A stretch of DNA of 64,000 nt from assembly GCA_021732145.1 (NCBI GenBank), contig JAKFVN010000005.1, forward strand, positions 7,019 to 71,018. Direction: 5' to 3'. The stretch is from Alphaproteobacteria bacterium (GTDB taxonomy: Bacteria > Pseudomonadota > Alphaproteobacteria > UBA9219 > RGZA01). The notes under the pieces are model-generated. The model did not search any database. It was not told where the DNA came from and saw only the letters and a program-made list of their open reading frames with translations. Position 1 is the stretch's first letter. The number at the start of each line of letters is the position of its first letter. A program made the position numbers and the translations under genes. Shown one piece after another: positions 11,566 through 19,994 of the stretch.

Positions 11566-11616
11566 TTTTCGTAGGCTGACTACGGATCAGAAGGTTAGAG
11601 ATTCGAATTCTCTCGG
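11566..11616 (+). repeat. perfect 51-bp direct repeat of the tRNA-Arg 3' half (identical to 9943-9993). Candidate attR or att remnant.
   Basis: ctgactacggatcagaaggttagagattcgaattctctcgggtgcaccatt is present at both positions. Confidence 0.85.
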
Positions 11617-11662
11617 GTGCACCATTCTTTCAGGCACATCACGCATAATGCTTGGATTGTTG

Positions 11663-12010
11663 GGGAAATTAAAACCCGCAGCAGTGCCAGAATTTTGCTA
11701 ACACCAACCCTACTGCGGGCAGATCGTTCTGCTTGAACAGGAACGAAGCTTCAATATATACGCCGATTTGCATAAAAAGTCATCAGGCTAAATTGCCATG
11801 ATTTGCAAATAATTAGCTGGACGATTCATGGCAAGCGCGTAGATTCGGCGGTGCTAACACCACCAACCAATCCAGTGACAGAATTCATTTTTACTCAGAA
11901 TAGTTTGAACGGCGCATTGTCCATTCCGCTTTTGCGGGTTGATGGCTCACGTCTGCGCTAACCTATTCGGGTATGCATGCATCTTTCACTGGTAACAGTG
12001 CCGGGATTCC
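11663..12010 (+). promoter_or_regulatory. conserved leader module, copy 1, upstream of the GT28 gene. The 49-nt invariant stretch is at 11671-11719.
   Basis: Contains the stretch aaaacccgcagcagtgccagaattttgctaacaccaaccctactgcggg (an imperfect hairpin); a promoter-like ttgcat-N15-taaatt; cgctggacgattca; a second gctaacacc box followed by ccagtgacagaat; and the hairpin ccgcttttgcggg. Confidence 0.6.
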
Positions 12011-13306
12011 ATGACCCACCATTTTACCTTCGATGACCAAGCGCGGCCGGATGCCGCGCCTGCCAAGCCGCGCAAACTGCAATTATTTTTTTTTGATGCG
12101 GGCGGCGGGCACCGCAGCGCCGCAGAAGCGTTGATTGAAAGCGCAAAGGCGACTTATCCCAACTGGGATATCGAACTGATGAATTTGCAGGAACTGCTGA
12201 AGAAGACCGATCCTGTCTATCAGGTAACGGGATATCAGGCGGAAACGCTTTATAACGCGGCGATCAAGCGCGGCTGGACGTATGGCTCGCGGCCATTCCT
12301 GCGCGCGTTGCAACGCGGCATCCGCATGAATGCAGCGCCAATGAGAAAAGTACTGCGGGAGTATTTCGCGCAGTCAAAACCCGATTTAATCGTGTCGGTG
12401 GTTCCGAATTTCAACAAGGTGATGTTCGATGCACTGCGTGCAGTGCATGCGGATGTACCCTATGTGACCATTATGACGGATATTGCAGATAGCCCGCCGA
12501 ATTTCTGGATGGCAAACCAAGACCAGTACATGATTGTGGGCAGCCACAAGGCATTGTTGCAGGCGCATATGTCCGGCTTCTACAGGCCGGAGCGGATTTT
12601 TGAAACATCCGGCATGATTTTGCGGCCCGCGTTTTATAAAGATGTGTCGGATGCACCGTTGACGCATGAAACGATTGGCCTAGATCCCAATAAAAAGACA
12701 GCACTGATTATGTTTGGCGGCAATGGCGCGGTGGTTTCAAAAGAAATCGCGTTGAAGCTGCAAGCGCAGGGCATTCAAAGCATCGTGCTGTGCGGCCATA
12801 ACAAGGCATTGCTGGCGGATATGCAGGGCATTGAAGGGTGCCACGCGATTGGCTTTACCCAAAAGGTTGCCGATTACATGTGCCTCGCGAACTTCTTTGT
12901 TGGTAAGCCCGGCCCCGGCAGCATGACCGAAGCGTTGCATCTGGGGCTGCCGGTGATTATCGAAAACAATTCCCGCACGATGATACAGGAACGCTACAAC
13001 ATCATCTGGGCGGAAGAAAACAGGCTGGGCGTTTCCATCAAAAACTTTGCCCATATCGGCCGCGCCGCCACATTCTTGTTAAACAGCGGGCGGCTTGACC
13101 AACATATATCCAACGCCAACCGCCTGAATAACCGCGCGGTCTACGAAATTCCAAACATGCTGGAAAGCATTATGAATGCAAACCCCGTTTCGCGAGATAC
13201 ACAGCCGATTGTGCTGCCGGAACGCATGGCCGTGCGCGCAGGTGCGCGGCTTCGCGCCATGCTTCGAAGCAGGCCACATCATCAACCCCGAACCCCTTTT
13301 ATATAG
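12011..13306 (+). CDS. GT28-family glycosyltransferase, monogalactosyldiacylglycerol-synthase-like (candidate diacylglycerol glycosyltransferase)
   Basis: N-terminal FFFDAGGGHRSAAEAL matches the MGDG-synthase GGGHRASAEA motif. C-terminal GKPGPGSMTEALHLGLPVI matches the GT28 C-terminal motif. Confidence 0.75.
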   Translation: MTHHFTFDDQARPDAAPAKPRKLQLFFFDAGGGHRSAAEALIESAKATYPNWDIELMNLQELLKKTDPVYQVTGYQAETLYNAAIKRGWTYGSRPFLRALQRGIRMNAAPMRKVLREYFAQSKPDLIVSVVPNFNKVMFDALRAVHADVPYVTIMTDIADSPPNFWMANQDQYMIVGSHKALLQAHMSGFYRPERIFETSGMILRPAFYKDVSDAPLTHETIGLDPNKKTALIMFGGNGAVVSKEIALKLQAQGIQSIVLCGHNKALLADMQGIEGCHAIGFTQKVADYMCLANFFVGKPGPGSMTEALHLGLPVIIENNSRTMIQERYNIIWAEENRLGVSIKNFAHIGRAATFLLNSGRLDQHISNANRLNNRAVYEIPNMLESIMNANPVSRDTQPIVLPERMAVRAGARLRAMLRSRPHHQPRTPFI

Positions 13307-13323
13307 AAACGAATATTCAAGAC

Positions 13324-14580
13324 ATGACTGATACGACGCCTTTACTGCTGACCGATGGTGAACTGGATGCCTTGCACCGCAGATTGGAACCATTTGCCGG
13401 TGCCGATATGCCGGATACCGATTTACCCATTCACGAATTCCGCACCGCGTTTATGTCGGATTTGCATTTGGGGCGGCCCGATAGCAAGACCGATAAACAA
13501 TCCATTTTTTTAGACCGTGCGCGGCTTTCCAACAAAATCATCATCAATGGTGACTTCATTGATTACTGGTTGTTCCGCGCATCACGCCCGCAGCATCTGG
13601 GCCGCATTTTCAAAGATGATACGCATATGCGCACTGCTGTGAAATTTTTAAAGCTGGCGGCGCATGTGGGTTTTCGCCTGGTAAAGTGGGAAGTGTTCAA
13701 GCCATCGGGCGATGAAACCATGCGCTGGGAACAATCGCATAATATCCCGCTGCAAAAACTGCTGCGCATATTGCGCAAAGTGCCGGGCATTTTCGTGCCC
13801 GGAAACCATGATGAAATCTTCCGCGGCTTTACCAATGAATTGCATTTAATGGGCGGGGATGTCGCCGCATTGGCTACAGCGAAAAACGGTGCGCCAATTG
13901 ACTCCAAATTGCGCAATGCGTATTTCAAAAGCCCGTCGCTGGGCAATATGGATGTGCTGGAAGAATTCGTGTATGAAACCATGTCGGGCGAGCATATGCA
14001 TGTGTGCCACGGCGATAAATTCGATAATCCCATGAAAAAATCCAGCGCGCTGGGCATGATGGCAACCTGCGTTTATCACAACGGCATTGCGCCGCTGGTG
14101 CGCAATCTCGGCTTTCCTGAAACGGCATCATCCATGACTGATTATGTGAACAGCATGGATGGCAAAAAGGACATGACGAAGTATTACGATCGCTACGCTG
14201 AATTTCTGGGTAATCAAAATGCAGCTATTGTGGAGCATAACCGTGCGCATCCTGACCAAAAGCCGCGCCCATTACTGCGCGGCGGCATTCATGGCCATAT
14301 TCATAATCCCGGTATTTTTCACCATCGCGGCTATGTATTTATCGATAGCGGCGATTGGGTGGATGATGCGCATTGCACCGCTGCCGTCGAGCATCGCGAT
14401 GGGTCATGGCAGATTATGACGGTCAATCGGGAGAAGGGGATACATCCGCATCCTGTTACGCCGGAACGCGTGCAGCTATTCCAAAACCGCAGCGCATTAT
14501 CGCCCATTCCCAAACAACGTCCGCCGCGTCCCGATGTGGGGTGGATGACGCCCGGTGCAACGATGGAGGCACGGCTATGA
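13324..14580 (+). CDS. calcineurin-like metallophosphoesterase (PlcP-like phospholipase C candidate)
   Basis: Metallophosphoesterase motifs MSDLHLG, NGDFIDYW and VPGNHD. Confidence 0.75.
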   Translation: MTDTTPLLLTDGELDALHRRLEPFAGADMPDTDLPIHEFRTAFMSDLHLGRPDSKTDKQSIFLDRARLSNKIIINGDFIDYWLFRASRPQHLGRIFKDDTHMRTAVKFLKLAAHVGFRLVKWEVFKPSGDETMRWEQSHNIPLQKLLRILRKVPGIFVPGNHDEIFRGFTNELHLMGGDVAALATAKNGAPIDSKLRNAYFKSPSLGNMDVLEEFVYETMSGEHMHVCHGDKFDNPMKKSSALGMMATCVYHNGIAPLVRNLGFPETASSMTDYVNSMDGKKDMTKYYDRYAEFLGNQNAAIVEHNRAHPDQKPRPLLRGGIHGHIHNPGIFHHRGYVFIDSGDWVDDAHCTAAVEHRDGSWQIMTVNREKGIHPHPVTPERVQLFQNRSALSPIPKQRPPRPDVGWMTPGATMEARL

Positions 14581-15428
14581 ACCATAAGAAATCACTTATC
14601 CTGCTTTTGGATATTGATGGCACATTGGTTGATACCGATGCGCATTTAAGCCATGCGATGACCGCGCAATTTGGAAAATACGGCTTGGCATTCGAACCGC
14701 ATGAATTTTTTGAGCCCAAGGCATTCACGATGCCCAATAAAGACGGGGTGATGGAGGTTAAAACCACCATGCTGTTCGGTGCATCATGGGAAATCAATTA
14801 TTATTATCTGAAATCAGAAATTCCCGATGTACCGGTGGATGTGCAAACCTTCCGCAAGGAAATCGTGGAACGCGTGACCAGCAACCATGATGGCGTGATG
14901 CCGCGCCGCGATGTTATTGAAGCCGTATTGGAATTGCGCGCGCATTGCGAAGCGAATGACATAGGTTTTGCTGCTGTTGCCGTTACCAATGGCGCAGGCA
15001 GCGAAGCCAACGCAAATCTGAAAATCGTGAAAGCCGCAGGATTAGTGGTGGATGGGCTGGTTAATGCCGATGATGTGGAAATTCCATATCGCAAGCCGCA
15101 CCCCAAGCCGTATCAGATGGGATATAACATTGCCCGCGCTGTATTGCGCCACAAAGGATATGATGCAGAAGGTGCATGCATTGTTGCGATGGAAGATAGC
15201 CCGCCGGGCGCGCGCAGCGCATTGGCGGCCGGCGAAATATATGACGGCGTGTGTTATTATATTCCCACAACCAAACGCAAAATGCTGATGCCGGAAATGA
15301 CCGATGCGCAATTGGAGCGTTTTGTAGTGCAGCAGGATATATCAGCGCTTGGCATGCATATTAAAACGCAATTGCATGGCAGAGGGGAGCGCGCAGCAAT
15401 GCAATTTGAGAAGCGTGCAGCGTTATAA
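14577..15428 (+). CDS. HAD-superfamily hydrolase / phosphatase
   Basis: HAD motif I LLLDIDGTLVDTD. Its start overlaps the upstream stop (ATGA). I chose the internal ATG at 14577 rather than the longer ORF from 14373. Confidence 0.7.
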   Translation: MNHKKSLILLLDIDGTLVDTDAHLSHAMTAQFGKYGLAFEPHEFFEPKAFTMPNKDGVMEVKTTMLFGASWEINYYYLKSEIPDVPVDVQTFRKEIVERVTSNHDGVMPRRDVIEAVLELRAHCEANDIGFAAVAVTNGAGSEANANLKIVKAAGLVVDGLVNADDVEIPYRKPHPKPYQMGYNIARAVLRHKGYDAEGACIVAMEDSPPGARSALAAGEIYDGVCYYIPTTKRKMLMPEMTDAQLERFVVQQDISALGMHIKTQLHGRGERAAMQFEKRAAL

Positions 15429-15438
15429 ATTTTATGTG

Positions 15439-15810
15439 GGGGAATTTAAAACCCGCAGCAGTGCCAGAATTTTGCTAACACCAACCCTACTGCGGGCAGA
15501 CATTCTCGCTAAACAAGAATGAAGCAATTAGATATAAGATGATTTGCATAAAAAGTCGATGAGGTAAATTGATACGAAAGTAAAATTATTCGCTGGACGA
15601 TTCAGTCAAATAATATAAATTTCATGTTGCTAACACCAACAACAACCAGTGACGGAATACCCTACTCAATTTGAAAATTATGGCATGGCAGGTTTACCCG
15701 CTTTAGCGGGGTGATTTGCATCGGCATTTTTAACAACAGAACGCGCAGGAATTGCGTTTTCTGCATGTGTGGGCGCGTGTTTTTGAACTGGCAACATTGC
15801 CGGAATACGA
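15439..15810 (+). promoter_or_regulatory. conserved leader module, copy 2, upstream of the four-gene operon. The 49-nt stretch is at 15447-15495.
   Basis: Same ordered blocks as copy 1: the 49-nt stretch, ttgcat-N15-taaatt, cgctggacgattca, gctaacaccaacaacaaccagtgacggaat, the hairpin cccgctttagcgggg, and attgccggaatacga immediately before the ATG. Confidence 0.6.
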
Positions 15811-16776
15811 ATGTCCCCTGATGCGAATTTACGGGAACGTGCGGAGCTTTGCCCAGAACCCAGCAGAGCATTGCCATTAGATGGGCAAGCTGCGCGTCGT
15901 CCACATGAAGTGATTTATACGCCAGCGCTCGCTGAAGCTATTCCTGATCCTCAATTGCAACGTATACCTCCGGGGCATGGGCTGGTGATGGTTGGCGAGA
16001 AGAAGCGCGCAATTGTTTTTCGTGACCATAGCAGCCGTGAAAACGTTCGCCGCACGCGCCAGACCTTGGCGCTGTGCGAACGTTATCATTATGATGTGTT
16101 GGTTGTTGACCCAGCGCGCGGGCAGCATGACGTGTTGCTGGATAAACGCGCGCAGGAATTTCTGCGCATAGACCGCGATTTACCGCTGATTACGCTGCAA
16201 ACTCCGCAATTAAGCAGGGAGCAGATGCTGAGCTGGCTGTTCAGTGCCAATACCAATATGGTACTGGAAGTTGCCAAGGACGGCCTGCGTATTCTGGCGG
16301 ATAGCCATGTGGATGCGCCATACGCGCAGAAAAAACTAAACCGCAATACGGATGTGATTGGCGTGAGCACGCATGAACGTTTGACGGATGATACCAAACA
16401 TCATGCACTCACATCATCTTACTTGATTATCGCAATTGATGAAACGCATGCGCAGCAACTTATCCGCAGTTATGGCACGGCGCATGCGGTGGTACATGGC
16501 GGGCATTCGCATGATTGTCAGCAAATTTCCGAAATGGCAGCGCGCACAGATAAAAAAGTTGCCGTATTCCACCCCGACCCGCCGCAACGTTTACAGCATG
16601 CAGGAAAAATAAGCTTATCGCGCCTTCGCGCCGATAACGCCGTGGTGATTACCACCACGCCGGACATGATCCGCGCATTGAAAGATCTTTCCAGGCCAAC
16701 GGGAGGCGCGCCGTTTTTTGCGCAGCGTCCCGGAACGCGTAACGGAGGAATGGTTCACGCCCCGCAAGTTTTATAA
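15811..16776 (+). CDS. hypothetical protein (321 aa), first gene of the large operon
   Basis: ORF directly downstream of leader copy 2. No motif recognised. Confidence 0.55.
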   Translation: MSPDANLRERAELCPEPSRALPLDGQAARRPHEVIYTPALAEAIPDPQLQRIPPGHGLVMVGEKKRAIVFRDHSSRENVRRTRQTLALCERYHYDVLVVDPARGQHDVLLDKRAQEFLRIDRDLPLITLQTPQLSREQMLSWLFSANTNMVLEVAKDGLRILADSHVDAPYAQKKLNRNTDVIGVSTHERLTDDTKHHALTSSYLIIAIDETHAQQLIRSYGTAHAVVHGGHSHDCQQISEMAARTDKKVAVFHPDPPQRLQHAGKISLSRLRADNAVVITTTPDMIRALKDLSRPTGGAPFFAQRPGTRNGGMVHAPQVL

Positions 16777-16805
16777 GGGCGTTTTTTGTTAAGTGAGGTT
16801 TGCTG

Positions 16806-19800
16806 ATGAGTAAAACCGACCCGTTGCACATTGCAGACGCCGCGCGTGATGTTGCGCAGCGTAAAAAAGACAAATCATTCAATTTGTTTTCGCCGGATTA
16901 TTGTTTGCAATTGCTGGGGCTGGATGGCGCGGTGAAGCCATTACCCAAAAACGAGCCGGTTATTCTAAGCGATGGCGCTATTGACCCGCGCACGGGCGGG
17001 GGCGTTGTCTTAAAAACAATGCTTAAGCTCGATGAACATAAGCGCCTGCGCAGCCTTGAGGCATTATATATGTCATTGCAGCCCAATGGGCGGTATGTGG
17101 TCAGCAAATTGGCAGAATTATCGTTCCGTGCTTATCCCAGCTATCTCGTATTACAGCAAGCCAGCATTCTTGGGCGCGGCATTAATCCGGATCATACCGA
17201 CCGCGTGCTGCGTTTATTTGGCGCGTTGCAACGCATGCATACCGATATTCGCAATATGAATTTTCCGGATGTTGGAAAAATCATGGATGAGTTCCAGATT
17301 TCCGCATTGATTGGTGAGCGGTTGCATCTGCCCGGCATGTCCGCCAAAGGCGGATTTGATTTTCAGGCACCGATTGATTTACCGGTTAGCGCGGGCGCAC
17401 CGCTATTGCCACGCGATTTCCTTCCCGAGCTGCTGGGCCTTGGCCGCAATGATTTGGAGCCGATGTATGATTTTGGCGATGGCCGTGCCAAGACAGAAAT
17501 CGATAGGCAACATGGCGCTATCCATAATTTCAAGGCCAATCTGGTGGCCGATGCCACGCAAGGATCGTTGATTGCGGTAACCACGCCGCATAATGCACGG
17601 CATGGCAGTGCGATTACCGATTTGATCAAGGTAGGCTGGCGGTTGAAGGGCGATCATGCATTACTCGACCAGTTTGTATTGCTCGGCGAAGAAAGCCGCA
17701 GCCTGCCAGCCGCGCAATTGCAAAAGCGCATCGGCATTGTGAACAAGGCGATGAAGAATTTGCGCATGCGCCGTTACCCGCATGTGCTGGATTACATCGC
17801 GGAATATGACCAGCGCGATTTGGTGGATAAGCGCGCGCTGACGGGCATGGTTGATGAGCACAAGCAAATGATTGTCGTGCCCTTTGGCGGGCATAATGAC
17901 CGCGAATATCTGCCGGGCTTTGGCGCGACGATTGGCGGCAATTGCAAAGGTATTTTTACCTATTGGCGCGATGCGAATGGGCAGGTGCAGCGCAAGGGCG
18001 TTATCATCGATATGGGAATTATTTTTAGTAAGAACCATGCGGTGCAAGCGAGCGAGCAAGGCAATTGGGATTACGTGGTTCCCGATATTGTGAATTACCT
18101 CAACGATATCGACCATTTTTTTGCCACGCATTTACACGCTGACCATCTGGATGGATATATCGATTACATTGCGCGCGGCTTGATGCAGGGAAAGCATCTC
18201 CACGCCACTGCCTTCGTATGCCGCGTGCTGGAACAAAAGCTGAAGAAACGCAAAGTACCGCAGGAACGCTGGCCGCACATGCACACGCTGAAAGGCAAGG
18301 GCTTTGTGCATATTGCGGCGGGCGATGAGCGCGTGATGTCGGTTTATTATGCGGCCGACAGCATTCCGCACAGCACCGATAACACGCCGTATCTCGTACT
18401 GCCCGCGCCATATCGCTGCGATACCAAAGGTGTGCCAAAAGAGAAAGCTGTCACCGTCAATCCGCATTACTGGGTTTATGGCAATATGGGCGATACCAGT
18501 TTCGGGCGTTATAATTTGCCGGATTACGAAGGTGAGAAACCGCCCGATACCGGTTTCTCGCAAGATTTGCTGCGCATCTTTAAAAAAAATCTGGGCGGCG
18601 AATACAATGGCATTGCCAAAGCATCGCAAGCTGCGTTTGGCAAAGTGCATTTCATGGAGTGCGATCCCACATCCATTCACCGTGACGGCTTTGCGCCCGA
18701 TGTAGTGGATGTGGAGCAAAACCTTTGCTGTCTCAATGAATGGTTTTCGGATAAGGGGCTTATCCTGTTGGGTTTAAGTACAGCAAAGCGTCAGGATGAA
18801 ATGTGCCTGCGCTTTGCCAATCATTCGCAGCGCGATGTATCGGTATTTGGTGCGTATAAGGAAGACCGCTTCACTGATATGAGCGTGATGGGCGTGAACA
18901 CCAATGTGCTGGCGCGTAATCCGGCTGGAAAAAATGTGCAGGCGTATCTGGATTGGCATGGCGGCAGCAAAGGCGTGGTGCCCGTTAAATATTTCCGCCG
19001 CACCGCAAAGGAATGGCATGGCATTGTGGATGCGGATGTTAGCCGCGTGCTCATCCTTGGCACCGGCAGTCAGGGTACCGATATTGAAAAGGATGCGTTT
19101 GGCACGCAACTTGCGGAATTCCGCTCGCTTTTGCAAATGGATCCCAAATATCGCCCAACCGCGTTTGGCAAGGATTTGCGGAATTTCTTGGTTGTATATG
19201 CGCAGGGCGCCATTCCTGGGAATGAAGAAACGCAATATGCGCAAATTAAGAAAACTGCGATTGAGCTGGATATCACCGTTGCTGTTTCCGTGCATGAAGG
19301 CGCGCGGTTTTATAATGTAAAGGAATCGTATCTCTCGCGCATTGTTCAGGATTTGGAACGGCGCGGCGAACGCTTCACGCGCGAACCCAATAACGGCTTG
19401 TTCATTCAAAAATTTGCGCTCTACCCGCCGGGTCATGGCTGGAAGGAAGATTACCGCCAGGGCGTATTCCCGTGGATGAAGAAAAATGGCGTGGGCATGA
19501 TTTCCGCGCAGCATTTCGGCAAATTGGAATCCCCGCGCATCACGCATGAATTAGCGCGCGAGGCGGGCTTGCGTCACCCCAATGAAGCGATTTCAAACCA
19601 CACCGCCTTTTCAATGCGTGATGGCGGAAAACGCCTCGAAATTATCGGGCAGTTGCCGCCATCCTTTATTTTGGCGCGGCAAAACCGCCGCGCCGATAAA
19701 TATCATGGGGGCACGGCAGAATATAAGCGCGTGGTGGTCGCAGCGGGGCAGGTGGGTGCATCGCTTGGCGGGCTATTTGCCAACACCAACACGGTCTATA

Positions 19801-19994
19801 CGCAGGATTTCGGGAATGAAGATTACGACCGCGTGCTGTCGGAGGCGCAATGGCTGCCCGCCAAGCGCACGCGCCGCGATATTCATGCGGCACTCACCGA
19901 ATTGCCGCCGGAACTCGCCGCACGGCGCAATTTGCCAACGGCGGGCATGCGCACGCCCGCGCTTCCGCAGCATGATCATCTGGAGTTTGCCTGA
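16806..19994 (+). CDS. large hypothetical protein (about 1062 aa) with a metallo-beta-lactamase-fold signature, possibly beta-CASP-like
   Basis: HxHxDH motif (FATHLHADHLDG) followed by candidate MBL motifs IPHSTD and NMGD. A ribosome-binding site GTGAGGT precedes the ATG at 16806. Confidence 0.6.
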   Translation: MSKTDPLHIADAARDVAQRKKDKSFNLFSPDYCLQLLGLDGAVKPLPKNEPVILSDGAIDPRTGGGVVLKTMLKLDEHKRLRSLEALYMSLQPNGRYVVSKLAELSFRAYPSYLVLQQASILGRGINPDHTDRVLRLFGALQRMHTDIRNMNFPDVGKIMDEFQISALIGERLHLPGMSAKGGFDFQAPIDLPVSAGAPLLPRDFLPELLGLGRNDLEPMYDFGDGRAKTEIDRQHGAIHNFKANLVADATQGSLIAVTTPHNARHGSAITDLIKVGWRLKGDHALLDQFVLLGEESRSLPAAQLQKRIGIVNKAMKNLRMRRYPHVLDYIAEYDQRDLVDKRALTGMVDEHKQMIVVPFGGHNDREYLPGFGATIGGNCKGIFTYWRDANGQVQRKGVIIDMGIIFSKNHAVQASEQGNWDYVVPDIVNYLNDIDHFFATHLHADHLDGYIDYIARGLMQGKHLHATAFVCRVLEQKLKKRKVPQERWPHMHTLKGKGFVHIAAGDERVMSVYYAADSIPHSTDNTPYLVLPAPYRCDTKGVPKEKAVTVNPHYWVYGNMGDTSFGRYNLPDYEGEKPPDTGFSQDLLRIFKKNLGGEYNGIAKASQAAFGKVHFMECDPTSIHRDGFAPDVVDVEQNLCCLNEWFSDKGLILLGLSTAKRQDEMCLRFANHSQRDVSVFGAYKEDRFTDMSVMGVNTNVLARNPAGKNVQAYLDWHGGSKGVVPVKYFRRTAKEWHGIVDADVSRVLILGTGSQGTDIEKDAFGTQLAEFRSLLQMDPKYRPTAFGKDLRNFLVVYAQGAIPGNEETQYAQIKKTAIELDITVAVSVHEGARFYNVKESYLSRIVQDLERRGERFTREPNNGLFIQKFALYPPGHGWKEDYRQGVFPWMKKNGVGMISAQHFGKLESPRITHELAREAGLRHPNEAISNHTAFSMRDGGKRLEIIGQLPPSFILARQNRRADKYHGGTAEYKRVVVAAGQVGASLGGLFANTNTVYTQDFGNEDYDRVLSEAQWLPAKRTRRDIHAALTELPPELAARRNLPTAGMRTPALPQHDHLEFA

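Noticed and set aside
11852-11880. Pho box (PhoB binding site) in the leader modules
   Set aside because: Only a single CTGTCAC-like half-site (gtgacag on the plus strand) is conserved. The second 7-mer at the 11-bp register does not match the consensus. I kept it only as a weak hint inside the lipid-remodelling finding.
17661-19547. Long minus-strand ORFs (156, 195 and 257 aa, plus others) inside the giant-operon genes
   Set aside because: They are antisense shadows of plus-strand coding sequence in GC-rich DNA. They have no ribosome-binding sites or motifs, and the plus-strand frames are continuous and overlapping in operon fashion.
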